From assembly GCA_031972295.1 (NCBI GenBank), contig DALYEZ010000001.1, positions 1-55,758 of the forward strand: 55,758 bases of DNA. The letters run 5' to 3'. Below are positions 9,849 to 18,777 of the stretch, one piece after another. This DNA is from Minisyncoccota bacterium (GTDB lineage: Bacteria > Patescibacteriota > Minisyncoccia > Phycocordibacterales > UBA5272). The translations under genes were made by a program, and so were the position numbers. Position 1 is the first letter of the stretch. The number at the start of each line of letters is the position of its first letter. The notes under the pieces are model-generated. The model made no database searches. It saw only the letters and a program-made list of their open reading frames with translations, and was not told the origin of the DNA.

Positions 9849-11158
9849 GTTTCTATAATAGCGCGTAACGGAGTATTTATCTCTTCAGGGATAAAGTTGG
9901 GGTGGTAATTGGTAAGGAAGCTATCCGCAAGTTTCGCTTCATTTTCTACAGTAATCCAGTCCTCAACCGAAAGACTTTTCCCAAGCAGTGAATTTTTAAA
10001 GTCATCACTTTGAATCGCGGCGCGACACATTTCAGCTCTTGTTGCTACGCAGTCGAAAGGTTTTACAGGTGAAAGCCCTAGAAGCTCTTTGAGAAGCGGT
10101 GTGAGGCTTTCATTTTGATGCAAATCACTTCCAAATATTTCCATTCTCTTTTCAAGAGGAAGTGAAACTGACAAAAGCATATTTGTACCAAGACATTTTG
10201 CACACACACCACACCATCTTTTTGCACCACTTTCTTCAATGGTGAAGTTTTTATTGCAGCTACTAAAAGCTGGGAATACGTGAGGGCACATTTTTGCAAA
10301 TAAGTTTGTCACTCGAAGTCCACCCAGTGGCCGTAGAATAGAAAAGTATGTAATTTCTTGAGAAATGGTTTGGCGTACAAAATCTTGAACCTTTTTTTCA
10401 AAGTCACTCGTTTTTGACCACTGATGGTTCACGGGTCTGCCGAGCCATTCTGTGTTGGACTCATCAGCACTTGTTTCGTTTGCTACAACGACATACTTAC
10501 TTTGCTCGTGCTCTGCAAGCACAACTCCTGTGAAAGCGTAGATAAGAGAAATAGGAACATGTCCAAGAAAAACATTTTCTTTGAGTGTCAGTAGTTGCGG
10601 GTCTGTTTTGCGGACGACTTCAAGAAGAGGAATATTAAGTGCTTGAGTATTTTCAATGAGCAACGGAATGGATCGAACTTTTGTAGCAAAACCTGTCACA
10701 GGAACATTTATTCTTTTGAGAAGTTCTACTGCAAGCGAAGAATCTTTACCGCCACCGATTCCAACAATAGCTTTTAGTTCGTAGGAAGATGTTGTCTCAT
10801 GTGGCGGTGTACTGACTGTTTCTTCGTAAGTTATTTGTATCTGGTCGACAACACTCCACTCGAGCTTGTTTTGGTACACAAGTTCAGAAAAGCCGTTTCT
10901 AAAAAGCCACTGCCAAAATTCTTTCTCACTATCATCAATTAACCACCCTATGTGTATCTCTGGTGCAAGGTGGAGTTTGAAATAACTAATAGACGTGGCA
11001 ATAGCAAGGGCTCGGAGCGCTTTAGAATCGGAAATCTCAAAAGGAAAGATATGTTCTTCTTGAAATGAAAAAGAAGTAGCTCCGTCGGTATAGGAATAGG
11101 TATAGATTGCTGTGTTTGCAACAACCTTCGGGAGGTGAATAGTGAAGATTTTATCCAT
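9839..11158 (-). CDS. murL: UDP-MurNAc-L-Ala-L-Glu epimerase MurL
   Basis: GIGGGKDS, GHVP, ANETSA, VNHQWSK, YFSILRPL, FSSCNKNF, RWCGVCAKC, KPFDCV match the MurL motif series in order; start set at MDKIF, 7 nt after TGG-CATAAT. Confidence 0.88.
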   Translation of the reverse strand: MDKIFTIHLPKVVANTAIYTYSYTDGATSFSFQEEHIFPFEISDSKALRALAIATSISYFKLHLAPEIHIGWLIDDSEKEFWQWLFRNGFSELVYQNKLEWSVVDQIQITYEETVSTPPHETTSSYELKAIVGIGGGKDSSLAVELLKRINVPVTGFATKVRSIPLLIENTQALNIPLLEVVRKTDPQLLTLKENVFLGHVPISLIYAFTGVVLAEHEQSKYVVVANETSADESNTEWLGRPVNHQWSKTSDFEKKVQDFVRQTISQEITYFSILRPLGGLRVTNLFAKMCPHVFPAFSSCNKNFTIEESGAKRWCGVCAKCLGTNMLLSVSLPLEKRMEIFGSDLHQNESLTPLLKELLGLSPVKPFDCVATRAEMCRAAIQSDDFKNSLLGKSLSVEDWITVENEAKLADSFLTNYHPNFIPEEINTPLRAIIETCE

Positions 11159-11187
11159 TTCTTTCATTATGCCATGTGAACAAGAAA

Positions 11188-11215
11188 TTGACATTCTTAA
11201 TGTGGGGAGTAAATT
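11188..11215 (+). promoter_or_regulatory. Sigma70-type promoter (TTGACA-N16-TAAATT), divergent from murL
   Basis: Perfect -35 at 11188-11193, TAAATT at 11210-11215. Confidence 0.55.
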
Positions 11216-11255
11216 GAAAGGGTGACATTCCGTCACAAGCACTCGGGAGAGTGTC

Positions 11256-11375
11256 ATGGTCAACGAGATCAAGAAAACGGACTGGGTGGAAGGTGCCGTC
11301 ATCGCCGGAATCGCAGGGGTCGCCGGACGATGGGTCAAGCACAAGTGCGGTAGTTTGGTTCAGATGAAATTCTGA
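11256..11375 (+). CDS. Candidate 39-aa small protein MVNEIKKTDWVEGAVIAGIAGVAGRWVKHKCGSLVQMKF (or ORF within a structured RNA)
   Basis: SD-like GGGAGAG upstream of ATG, 27 of 38 post-start codons end in G/C with purine-rich first positions, upstream promoter and downstream terminator; below the ORF-track cutoff. Confidence 0.55.
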   Translation: MVNEIKKTDWVEGAVIAGIAGVAGRWVKHKCGSLVQMKF

Positions 11376-11398
11376 ATCTGAACCAGGGTCATCGGTAG

Positions 11399-11425
11399 GA
11401 GGTGCTGTATAAAGGCACCTCTTTT
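11399..11425 (+). terminator. Intrinsic terminator
   Basis: gaggtgc-tgtataaag-gcacctc followed by TTTT. Confidence 0.75.
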
Positions 11426-11472
11426 CATGTCTGTATTTTTGACAAGTCGGTTATCAGGTGTACCATTTACAT

Positions 11473-11549
11473 TTTAGAGAGTGCGTGGCCAGCAGGGCGA
11501 TCAGTACTCCTAAAACCAAGCACCGAGGAATCTTTCAGTGCTTGTTTTT
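11473..11549 (+). ncRNA. Candidate ~75-nt small RNA
   Basis: TTGACA(11439)-N16-TACCAT(11461) upstream; hairpin gagtgc/gtactc; terminal hairpin caagcac/gtgcttg plus T5; uvrB has its own -10 box downstream. Confidence 0.4.
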
Positions 11550-11580
11550 GTTTAGCCCATTTTCAGGTACACTTTATCTT

Positions 11581-13593
11581 GTGAGTAATTTTAATCTCAA
11601 GGGTTTTACCCCAGCGGGCGACCAGCCAAAGGCGATTAAGGGTCTTGTGGAAGGAATCAAGAAGGGTATGCAAACACAGACCCTTCTTGGTGCTACTGGA
11701 ACAGGAAAGACTTTTACAGTTGCAAGTGTTATACAGCAAATCCAAAAACCAACTCTCGTCATAGCGCACAATAAAACTCTTGCCGCACAGCTTGCCCAAG
11801 AGTTTCGGGAATTTTTTCCTGATGCTGCGGTGCATTACTTTGTATCCTACTACGACTATTATCAGCCGGAGGCATACATGCCGGCGACAGACACCTTCAT
11901 TGAAAAAGACGCGATGATAAACGAAGAAATAGATCGCCTTCGCCATGCTTCCACACAAGCCTTACTTACTCGTAAAGATGTGATTATTGTCGCATCTGTT
12001 TCTTGTATTTATGGTTTGGGAAGTCCAAAAGAATATGAGCGAGAAAATATCCATTTGAAGATTGGTGAAAAATATACCAAGGTGGATATCATGAAGCGAC
12101 TCGTGGCTATTCATTATGAACGCACCAACGCTGATCTTTCTCCGGGACAGTTTCGCGCAGTAGGAAACCGAGTTGATGTTATGCCAGTGTCTGAGACGGT
12201 GATGCTTTCAATTGATTTTTCAGATGGAGTTATTTCAGCACTTGCTGTCATTGACCCAGTGTCCATGAAGCTCCTTGAAAATGTACAAGACTATTTTATT
12301 TTCCCGGCGAAGCACTTTATTTCAGATGAGCCAACAAGAAATAGGGCAGTAAAAACAATTGAAGCAGAACTTAAAATGCAGCTGAAAAAATTTGAAGACG
12401 AAGGGAAGCTTCTAGAATACGAGCGTATCAAGCGCCGTACCACATATGATTTAGCAATGATTCGGGAAATTGGTTTCTGCTCGGGGATTGAAAACTATTC
12501 GCGACATCTTTCTGGTAAAACAGCAGGTGAGCCGCCAGATACCCTTATTGCATACTTTCCACACAAAAAAGATGGTACCCCGGACTTTTTGACAGTGATA
12601 GATGAAAGCCATGTTACTTTGCCACAACTACACGGCATGTATGCAGGCGACCAGTCTCGTAAAAATACTCTTGTTGAATTTGGCTTTCGTCTTCCAAGTG
12701 CAAAAGATAATCGCCCGCTTCGGTATGAAGAGTTTGCTGATCGAGTAGGGCAAACTATTTATGTATCTGCAACACCGGGAAACTTTGAGCGTGAAAATTC
12801 AGAACAAATAGTTCAGCAGATTATTCGTCCAACAGGACTTTTGGATCCACAACTCTCTGTACGTCCGGTGCTTGAGAAAGGAACCTATGGTGGGCAGGTG
12901 CAAGATTTTATTGCTGAGGCAGTAAAAGAAATAAAATCAGGTGGACGAGTGCTTGCCACAACGCTCACGAAAAAGATGGCAGAAGACCTGAGTGTCTTTC
13001 TAAAAGAGCAGAAAATAAAAGCGGAGTATTTGCACAGTGATATAAAGACTATTGAACGTATTCAGATTCTTACACAGTTCCGGAGAGGGGAATTTGATTG
13101 TTTGGTGGGTGTAAACCTCCTTCGTGAAGGTTTGGATTTACCTGAAGTTTCTTTCATTGGTATTTTGGATGCTGACAAAGAAGGCTTTTTGCGTAGTGAA
13201 ACATCGCTTATTCAAACTATTGGGCGTGCTGCGCGCAATGATAAAGGTCGGGTTATTTTGTATGCTGACAACATGACGGGCTCAATGGAGCGGGCTATTG
13301 GAGAAACAACACGACGTCGTGATACGCAGATTGCGTACAACAAGGAACACGGCATCACTCCACAAACGATTCAAAAGAATATTAAAGATATTACGAATCA
13401 GTTGAGTAAGGTTCATGACAAAGCTGTTGCAGGTGAGCTCGCCATCGATAGAAAGCTTTTTGAGAAGAATCCAAATAAGTTGCTGAAGATAAAAGAAAAA
13501 CAAATGAAAGAAGCAGTGAAGGTGCTTGATTTTGAAACCGCAGCAATTTTGCGTGACGAGATAAAGATTTTGAAAGAGCGGATGACGCAATAG
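11581..13593 (+). CDS. uvrB: Excinuclease ABC subunit B
   Basis: PAGDQPKAI, Walker A GATGTGKT, YYDYYQPEAY beta-hairpin, DESH, GRAARN, C-terminal UVR domain; GTG start. Confidence 0.98.
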   Translation: MSNFNLKGFTPAGDQPKAIKGLVEGIKKGMQTQTLLGATGTGKTFTVASVIQQIQKPTLVIAHNKTLAAQLAQEFREFFPDAAVHYFVSYYDYYQPEAYMPATDTFIEKDAMINEEIDRLRHASTQALLTRKDVIIVASVSCIYGLGSPKEYERENIHLKIGEKYTKVDIMKRLVAIHYERTNADLSPGQFRAVGNRVDVMPVSETVMLSIDFSDGVISALAVIDPVSMKLLENVQDYFIFPAKHFISDEPTRNRAVKTIEAELKMQLKKFEDEGKLLEYERIKRRTTYDLAMIREIGFCSGIENYSRHLSGKTAGEPPDTLIAYFPHKKDGTPDFLTVIDESHVTLPQLHGMYAGDQSRKNTLVEFGFRLPSAKDNRPLRYEEFADRVGQTIYVSATPGNFERENSEQIVQQIIRPTGLLDPQLSVRPVLEKGTYGGQVQDFIAEAVKEIKSGGRVLATTLTKKMAEDLSVFLKEQKIKAEYLHSDIKTIERIQILTQFRRGEFDCLVGVNLLREGLDLPEVSFIGILDADKEGFLRSETSLIQTIGRAARNDKGRVILYADNMTGSMERAIGETTRRRDTQIAYNKEHGITPQTIQKNIKDITNQLSKVHDKAVAGELAIDRKLFEKNPNKLLKIKEKQMKEAVKVLDFETAAILRDEIKILKERMTQ

Positions 13594-13597
13594 TTCT

Positions 13598-14158
13598 ATG
13601 TTCTTAGACATAGCAATCGGAATATTTGCAGGTCTTAGTGTAGGAAGTGTTTATTTTGAAACAGTTCCATATTGGTTTGTTATCCTTGGAATACTTTTTA
13701 CTCTTCTACCTGATATTGATGGAGCTTTATGGATACTAAAGCCATCTGTACGAAAAGAATGGTATAAAACTCATCGTACCTATACAGGTTACCCATTCCT
13801 ATATATCCCAATTGCAGTTATTGTCTTTGTTGTATTTGGAAAACCAATAGGTATCTTGTTTTCTGTTTGTATTCTGTGGCACCACATTCACGATACGTTT
13901 TTCTTGGGATGGGGAGTGATGTGGCTATGGCCTTTTTCAAAAGGTAAATGGAAATTCTTTCCTGATAGAGATGGAAAAATTAGTTTTGTGCCTATGATTT
14001 CTTGGTTGCCACACGAGGAAGAAAAAATTAGACAATGGAGTGGGGGACACGATGAAGGCTGGATAAAGCGGTATTATTTGCAACCAAATTTTATAGCCTA
14101 TTTGGAATACGGAACTCTTATAGTTGCTTGTTTGTGTCTATACGGCTACTATCTGTAG
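13598..14158 (+). CDS. YdjM-like membrane metal-dependent hydrolase
   Basis: Multi-TM protein with LLPDID, HRTYT, HHIHD..F..GV.WLWPFS motifs. Confidence 0.7.
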   Translation: MFLDIAIGIFAGLSVGSVYFETVPYWFVILGILFTLLPDIDGALWILKPSVRKEWYKTHRTYTGYPFLYIPIAVIVFVVFGKPIGILFSVCILWHHIHDTFFLGWGVMWLWPFSKGKWKFFPDRDGKISFVPMISWLPHEEEKIRQWSGGHDEGWIKRYYLQPNFIAYLEYGTLIVACLCLYGYYL

Positions 14159-14198
14159 TTTTTCGTTCCTTTTCCTCCTTTGTGTTACATTTATACTT

Positions 14199-16799
14199 GT
14201 GAGTAAAAAGAAAATTGAGCCAAGTGACAAGATTATTGTTCGTGGTGCGCGCACCCATAATCTTAAAAATATCAGCGTTGAGTTGCCACGGAATAAGATG
14301 GTTGTTTTTACTGGACTTTCTGGATCAGGAAAGTCTTCTTTGGCGTTCGATACAATCTTTGCAGAAGGACAGCGTCGGTACATTGAGTCACTTTCTTCAT
14401 ATGCCCGACAATTCCTTAATCAGATGCAGAAGCCAGATGTAGATGAAATCGTGGGTCTCTCGCCAGCTATTTCTATTGACCAAAAATCTCGATCAAATAA
14501 CCCTCGCTCGACAGTTGCAACCATTACTGAAATCTACGACTACATGCGTGTGATGTATGCTCGCATTGGAAAACCTTTTTGTATTGAGTGTGGGTCTCAT
14601 ATCAAGAAGCTTTCAAACGAAGAAATCATTAATTTTATTCTTGAGCGCGCTAAGAAAGTTGATCTCAAAAAAGTTTCCAAGGAGGTTTTAGGTGTTGCGT
14701 ATTCAGAAACATCTCTCACTATTCTTTCGCCGATTGTTCGTGGACGAAAAGGAGAATATTACCAACTTCTTTATGACATGCTTTCAAAAGGATTCACTAA
14801 AGCCTTTGTTGATGGTGAGATGAAGAGTCTTCGTGAGCAAGTAGTTCTTGATAAGCAAAAGAAACACGATATCAGTATTGTGGTTGATGAAATCGGTATT
14901 GATGAGCTTCGTCGAAAAGATAACAAAGATGCAATGGTGCGTCTTTCTGAATCTGTAGAGCGCGCAATTTTAGAATCTGAAGGTTTAGTGGAAATTCATG
15001 TGAATGGCGAAAATCACATCATGAGTTCTAAATTCATGTGTGGTACGTGTGGTGCTTCGTTTCCTGAAATAGAGCCGCGTCTTTTTTCATTCAACTCTCC
15101 ATACGGAGCGTGTGCTACATGTAATGGTCTTGGGCTTAAGTATTTTGGGTCGCTTGACCCGTGTGAAGATTGTGGAGGTAAGCGTTTACGCAAGGAAGCA
15201 ATGAATGTTTTCTTGGATGAAAGTCATCGAAAAATAAATATTGTGGAAGCAACAAACCTTACTATTAAAGAAGCACATGAATTTTTCACCGATCTTAAGC
15301 TTACAGATCAAGAAGAAGAAATTTCTCGAGTTGTTGTAAATGAAATCGTTTCTCGACTACAGTTCATGCTTAATGTTGGTCTTGAGTACTTGCATTTAAG
15401 CCGTACTGCAAACACTCTCTCTGGTGGTGAGGCACAGCGTATTCGTTTGGCGTCACAGCTTGGCTCAAAACTTGTGGGAGCTCTCTATGTGCTCGATGAG
15501 CCAACTATCGGTCTTCATCAACGTGATAATGACAAATTGATTAAAACACTCACTGAGCTTCGTGATATTGGTAACACTATTATCGTGGTAGAACACGATG
15601 AAGATACTATTTTTGCTTCAGATTATTTAGTAGATATTGGCCCTGGTGCTGGAGTTCATGGTGGACATATTGTAGCTTCGGGATATTTGGAAGATCTCCT
15701 TACTGCAAAGAAAAATGAATCAGGCTCAAGTACACTTGCATATTTGCGCGGCGAAAAGAAAATAGAAGTTCCAAGTAAGCGCCGAGAGTTTGATCGTGGC
15801 ATGATTCGTATTGAGGGAGGAAACGCATTTAATATTAAAGATATGAAGGTGGAAGTCCCGCTTGGACGCATCGTTTGTATTACTGGAGTTTCTGGGTCTG
15901 GAAAATCTACGTTTATGTATGAGATTTTGTATAAAAATCTTGCAGAACGACTTGAGAAACGTAAAAAGATTATTGAAAATATAAACTGTACATCTTTTAC
16001 TGGCGCAGAATATCTTTCTCGTACAGTTCTTATCGACCAGTCTCCAATAGGACGTACTCCTCGAAGTAATCCAGCGACATATACGGGTGCATGGACACAT
16101 GTACGTGATTTGTTTGCATCAAGTGAAGAAGCGCGTATTCGTGGCTGGGGACCAGGACGATTTAGTTTTAATGTAAAAGGTGGGCGATGCGAAGCGTGTG
16201 AAGGAAATGGTGAAATTGCGGTAGAAATGCACTTCTTACCGACAGTGTATGTGAAGTGTGATGTGTGTGGTGGTAAACGCTTCATGAAAGAAACCCTTGA
16301 GGTAAAGTTTAAGAAAAAAAGTATTTACGATGTTCTTAAAATGACAGTAGAAGAAGGTCTTACTTTCTTTGAAGATATTCCCGCAGTGCATGATCGTCTG
16401 AAGACACTGAATGATGTTGGGCTCGGATACCTTGAGCTTGGGCAAAGTGCGAATACTCTCTCTGGTGGTGAGGCACAGCGTGTAAAAATTTCATCTGAAC
16501 TCTATCGTCCGCATGTAGAAAAGACAATGTATCTTCTCGATGAGCCAACGATTGGTCTTCATTATGATGATGTGGCAAAGCTTATCGAAATTTTGAATCG
16601 TCTTGCTGACAAGGGTAACTCGGTCATCCTTATTGAACACAACCTCGATATTATTAAGTCGTCAGACTGGGTACTTGATATTGGACCAGAAGGAGGAACT
16701 GGTGGCGGACAGCTTGTAGCAAAAGGCACACCAGAAAATGTAGCTGCAAATGTAAAATCAGAAACCGGAAAGTATTTGAAGAAGATGCTTAAAAAATAG
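14199..16799 (+). CDS. uvrA: Excinuclease ABC subunit A (insertion domain absent)
   Basis: Two ABC ATPase modules ([25 protein letters not shown]), UvrB-binding domain, zinc fingers; GTG start. Confidence 0.97.
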   Translation: MSKKKIEPSDKIIVRGARTHNLKNISVELPRNKMVVFTGLSGSGKSSLAFDTIFAEGQRRYIESLSSYARQFLNQMQKPDVDEIVGLSPAISIDQKSRSNNPRSTVATITEIYDYMRVMYARIGKPFCIECGSHIKKLSNEEIINFILERAKKVDLKKVSKEVLGVAYSETSLTILSPIVRGRKGEYYQLLYDMLSKGFTKAFVDGEMKSLREQVVLDKQKKHDISIVVDEIGIDELRRKDNKDAMVRLSESVERAILESEGLVEIHVNGENHIMSSKFMCGTCGASFPEIEPRLFSFNSPYGACATCNGLGLKYFGSLDPCEDCGGKRLRKEAMNVFLDESHRKINIVEATNLTIKEAHEFFTDLKLTDQEEEISRVVVNEIVSRLQFMLNVGLEYLHLSRTANTLSGGEAQRIRLASQLGSKLVGALYVLDEPTIGLHQRDNDKLIKTLTELRDIGNTIIVVEHDEDTIFASDYLVDIGPGAGVHGGHIVASGYLEDLLTAKKNESGSSTLAYLRGEKKIEVPSKRREFDRGMIRIEGGNAFNIKDMKVEVPLGRIVCITGVSGSGKSTFMYEILYKNLAERLEKRKKIIENINCTSFTGAEYLSRTVLIDQSPIGRTPRSNPATYTGAWTHVRDLFASSEEARIRGWGPGRFSFNVKGGRCEACEGNGEIAVEMHFLPTVYVKCDVCGGKRFMKETLEVKFKKKSIYDVLKMTVEEGLTFFEDIPAVHDRLKTLNDVGLGYLELGQSANTLSGGEAQRVKISSELYRPHVEKTMYLLDEPTIGLHYDDVAKLIEILNRLADKGNSVILIEHNLDIIKSSDWVLDIGPEGGTGGGQLVAKGTPENVAANVKSETGKYLKKMLKK

Positions 16800-16901
16800 A
16801 AATCAGAAGAAGATTGAGTCCTTTCTACTGACCATTTTAATTATTAAAGTCTTCAGAGGAGATAGTTTCAGTCTTAAATTTAGAAGTGTTACAATGCTTT
16901 T

Positions 16902-17330
16902 ATGAAGCAAAATAATATAATTTCTGTACTATCGCTAATATTAGCAATATCCATAGGTTATAATTTCTACCTACTTTCCAACAGTGAATCAAGAAAAGAT
17001 ATTCTTGCTTTACAAAAAGACTGTCAATCTGTAGGTGAAAAGTTGTTTAAGGAAGATACAAAAGATTTATCTAAAACTTCTGTAATGTTTAATCCTATTT
17101 ACGGATATAATAACGAATTAAATACCTGTCTATACTATGGTGGTTATATGGATTCTAATTCTGCAATAATATATACATTCAAATGGATAAAGGATAGTTA
17201 CACAAATAAAGAAATACTTTCGTATAATGGCACAAATGAATCTTCAGTTGACCTTACTTATTGTGGTGACAGTTGTGTGGCTACGTTAGAAGAGTTTGAA
17301 CAAAGGAAGAAAGAATTATTGGGTCAGTAG
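16902..17330 (+). CDS. Hypothetical membrane-anchored Cys-containing protein
   Basis: N-terminal TM, four Cys, very AT-rich coding sequence, own TGn-TACAAT box. Confidence 0.75.
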   Translation: MKQNNIISVLSLILAISIGYNFYLLSNSESRKDILALQKDCQSVGEKLFKEDTKDLSKTSVMFNPIYGYNNELNTCLYYGGYMDSNSAIIYTFKWIKDSYTNKEILSYNGTNESSVDLTYCGDSCVATLEEFEQRKKELLGQ

Positions 17331-17381
17331 TTCATATCTTTCTATTTTTTATCTCACCAAAAAGTGAGATAATACTCTCAT

Positions 17382-18545
17382 ATGGCAACCTTTGATCCTT
17401 TTGACAAGAAATCTGCAAGCGCACAAGCTACGCGTGATAGAGAAGTTGCTGAGCGAGCACGTAAAATGCAGGCAGAGGCAGAAGCGCGTCGTAAGAAACA
17501 ACTTCTTCAAACTGATATCGCTAAAATCCAGCAAGGGATAGCTCGACTGAAACAAGAAGAAACTACTCTTGTTCAAGACACCGAACGTGGCACACGACTT
17601 CTTGAACAAAAGAAAAGGGAAGTGATGGAGGCGACGCGTGATTTGCAGGTCATTGACCGCAAGGTTGCTGAAGAGGGTAAAAAGGTAACACTTATTTCTC
17701 AGATACTCGACTCAATCAGAACAAAACTACAGAGCCTACGAACACAATTAAGTGGTCTTACTGCTAAAGAAAAACAAGAGGAAGGCTCCACTCAAAACAA
17801 AAAGATACTTCTTGCAAATGCGACACAAAAAAGAGAAGCCCTCACACTCGAGTTCGGGCGACTTGATGCTCTCGTAAAAAAAATAAAAACTGATGTTGAT
17901 ACGGAAAAGAAAGAGCTTGTTCAAAAACAGACAAATCTTGCAAAAAGGAAACATGAACGGGATGGTGTCGAGACGTCTATACAAAATACCAAACAGAGAA
18001 TTCACGATCTCGAACACGAACTCCAACTTCTTCGTGTGACTCTTTCCAAAGAAGAACAAGAAAAGACGCAAATTGATAGCAGTCATGTGCAGGAGGATAA
18101 AGAGGTGCAGATGCTACTTCAGGCGACTCAAGGTAAAGATGCGGAACTGTATCGTCTTAATCAAGAACATGAAAGAGTACGTCGAGAACTTGATCAGGAA
18201 AAAGATGTTATGGAGCGGACACGGGCTGCATTTACACAAGATGAGGGTATTGAAAAACGAGATGAGGCCGGTTTAAATAAGGCACACCAAGAAGAAGTCG
18301 CTCTTTTGAATGATGAAAAAAGGAGACGTGATGAAGCAGGTGTTGTCCAGGCTCAGTATGATAATGATTTACGTGCAAAGAAACTTCTTGAAACAAAAAA
18401 GATGGAAGCCCTTGCGCATATTTCTACTGAATCCACAGTGCTTCAACAGAGACAACAGCGTAAACGAAACGTGGAAAACGAAATCAAAAAGTTTGAAACA
18501 GAGTTACAGCAAAAGGAGAGGGAACTGCAAGGGATTCGATTTTAG
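17382..18545 (+). CDS. Hypothetical long coiled-coil protein
   Basis: 387-aa ORF rich in E/K/Q/R/L, almost no Pro or aromatic residues after the N-terminus, no TM. Confidence 0.8.
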   Translation: MATFDPFDKKSASAQATRDREVAERARKMQAEAEARRKKQLLQTDIAKIQQGIARLKQEETTLVQDTERGTRLLEQKKREVMEATRDLQVIDRKVAEEGKKVTLISQILDSIRTKLQSLRTQLSGLTAKEKQEEGSTQNKKILLANATQKREALTLEFGRLDALVKKIKTDVDTEKKELVQKQTNLAKRKHERDGVETSIQNTKQRIHDLEHELQLLRVTLSKEEQEKTQIDSSHVQEDKEVQMLLQATQGKDAELYRLNQEHERVRRELDQEKDVMERTRAAFTQDEGIEKRDEAGLNKAHQEEVALLNDEKRRRDEAGVVQAQYDNDLRAKKLLETKKMEALAHISTESTVLQQRQQRKRNVENEIKKFETELQQKERELQGIRF

Positions 18546-18670
18546 AAAACAAGATGAATGGTTTTTGTGGTCACAACTATTTCTCTGACGAGAAATTTCG
18601 CGACCCCAGCTCGCAGTTTTTGCCTTTCGTTGCACTCAAACAAAAACATCGCTCCGCTTTCCACAAACTA

Positions 18671-18694
18671 AAAAAGCCAAGCAGTTGGCTTTTT
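18671..18694. terminator. Bidirectional intrinsic terminator downstream of tRNA-Ala
   Basis: aaaaagccaa-gcag-ttggcttttt. Confidence 0.8.
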
Positions 18695-18704
18695 ATTACG
18701 TCTG

Positions 18705-18777
18705 TGGACCCTAGCGGATTCGAACCGCTCACCTCTGGAGTGCAAAACCAGTGCTCTACCAAATGAGCTAAGGGCCC
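18705..18777 (-). tRNA. tRNA-Ala(TGC)
   Basis: Cloverleaf GGGCCCT/AGGGTCC with G3:U70 alanine identity pair, anticodon loop TTTGCAC, GGTTCGAATCC T-arm; U31-U39 mismatch; CCA not encoded. Confidence 0.95.

Noticed and set aside
11239-11254. CIRCE-like gcactc..gagtg
   Set aside because: Spacer is 4 nt rather than 9 and the TTA/TAA flanks are missing; better explained as an RNA hairpin.
11159-11344. N-terminal 62-aa extension of the murL ORF and the minus-strand 63-aa ORF 11151-11342
   Set aside because: These are antisense to the GC-rich plus-strand unit. MurL similarity begins near MDKIF, which has a TGn/-10 box 7 nt upstream.
11221-11425. tmRNA, RNase P, SRP RNA or a known riboswitch
   Set aside because: No tRNA-like ends, no GAGGAAAGUCC, no SRP helix-8 motif, and no aptamer consensus I could match by eye. 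6S remains open and is listed in findings.
11458-11580. 41-aa N-terminal extension of UvrB in the ORF track
   Set aside because: UvrB homology starts at the GTG at 11581; the upstream part contains hairpins and a promoter box.
11426-11580. LexA/SOS box upstream of uvrB (and uvrA)
   Set aside because: No CTGT-N8-ACAG, GAAC-N4-GTTC or GTTC-N7-GTTC arrangement seen.
16800-18705. Integrated element at tRNA-Ala
   Set aside because: No integrase and no duplicated tRNA 3' end (att) found near 16800-16900.
4-18777. tRNA genes lacking encoded CCA, and the U31-U39 pair in tRNA-Ala
   Set aside because: Common in many bacteria; implies only a CCA-adding enzyme elsewhere.
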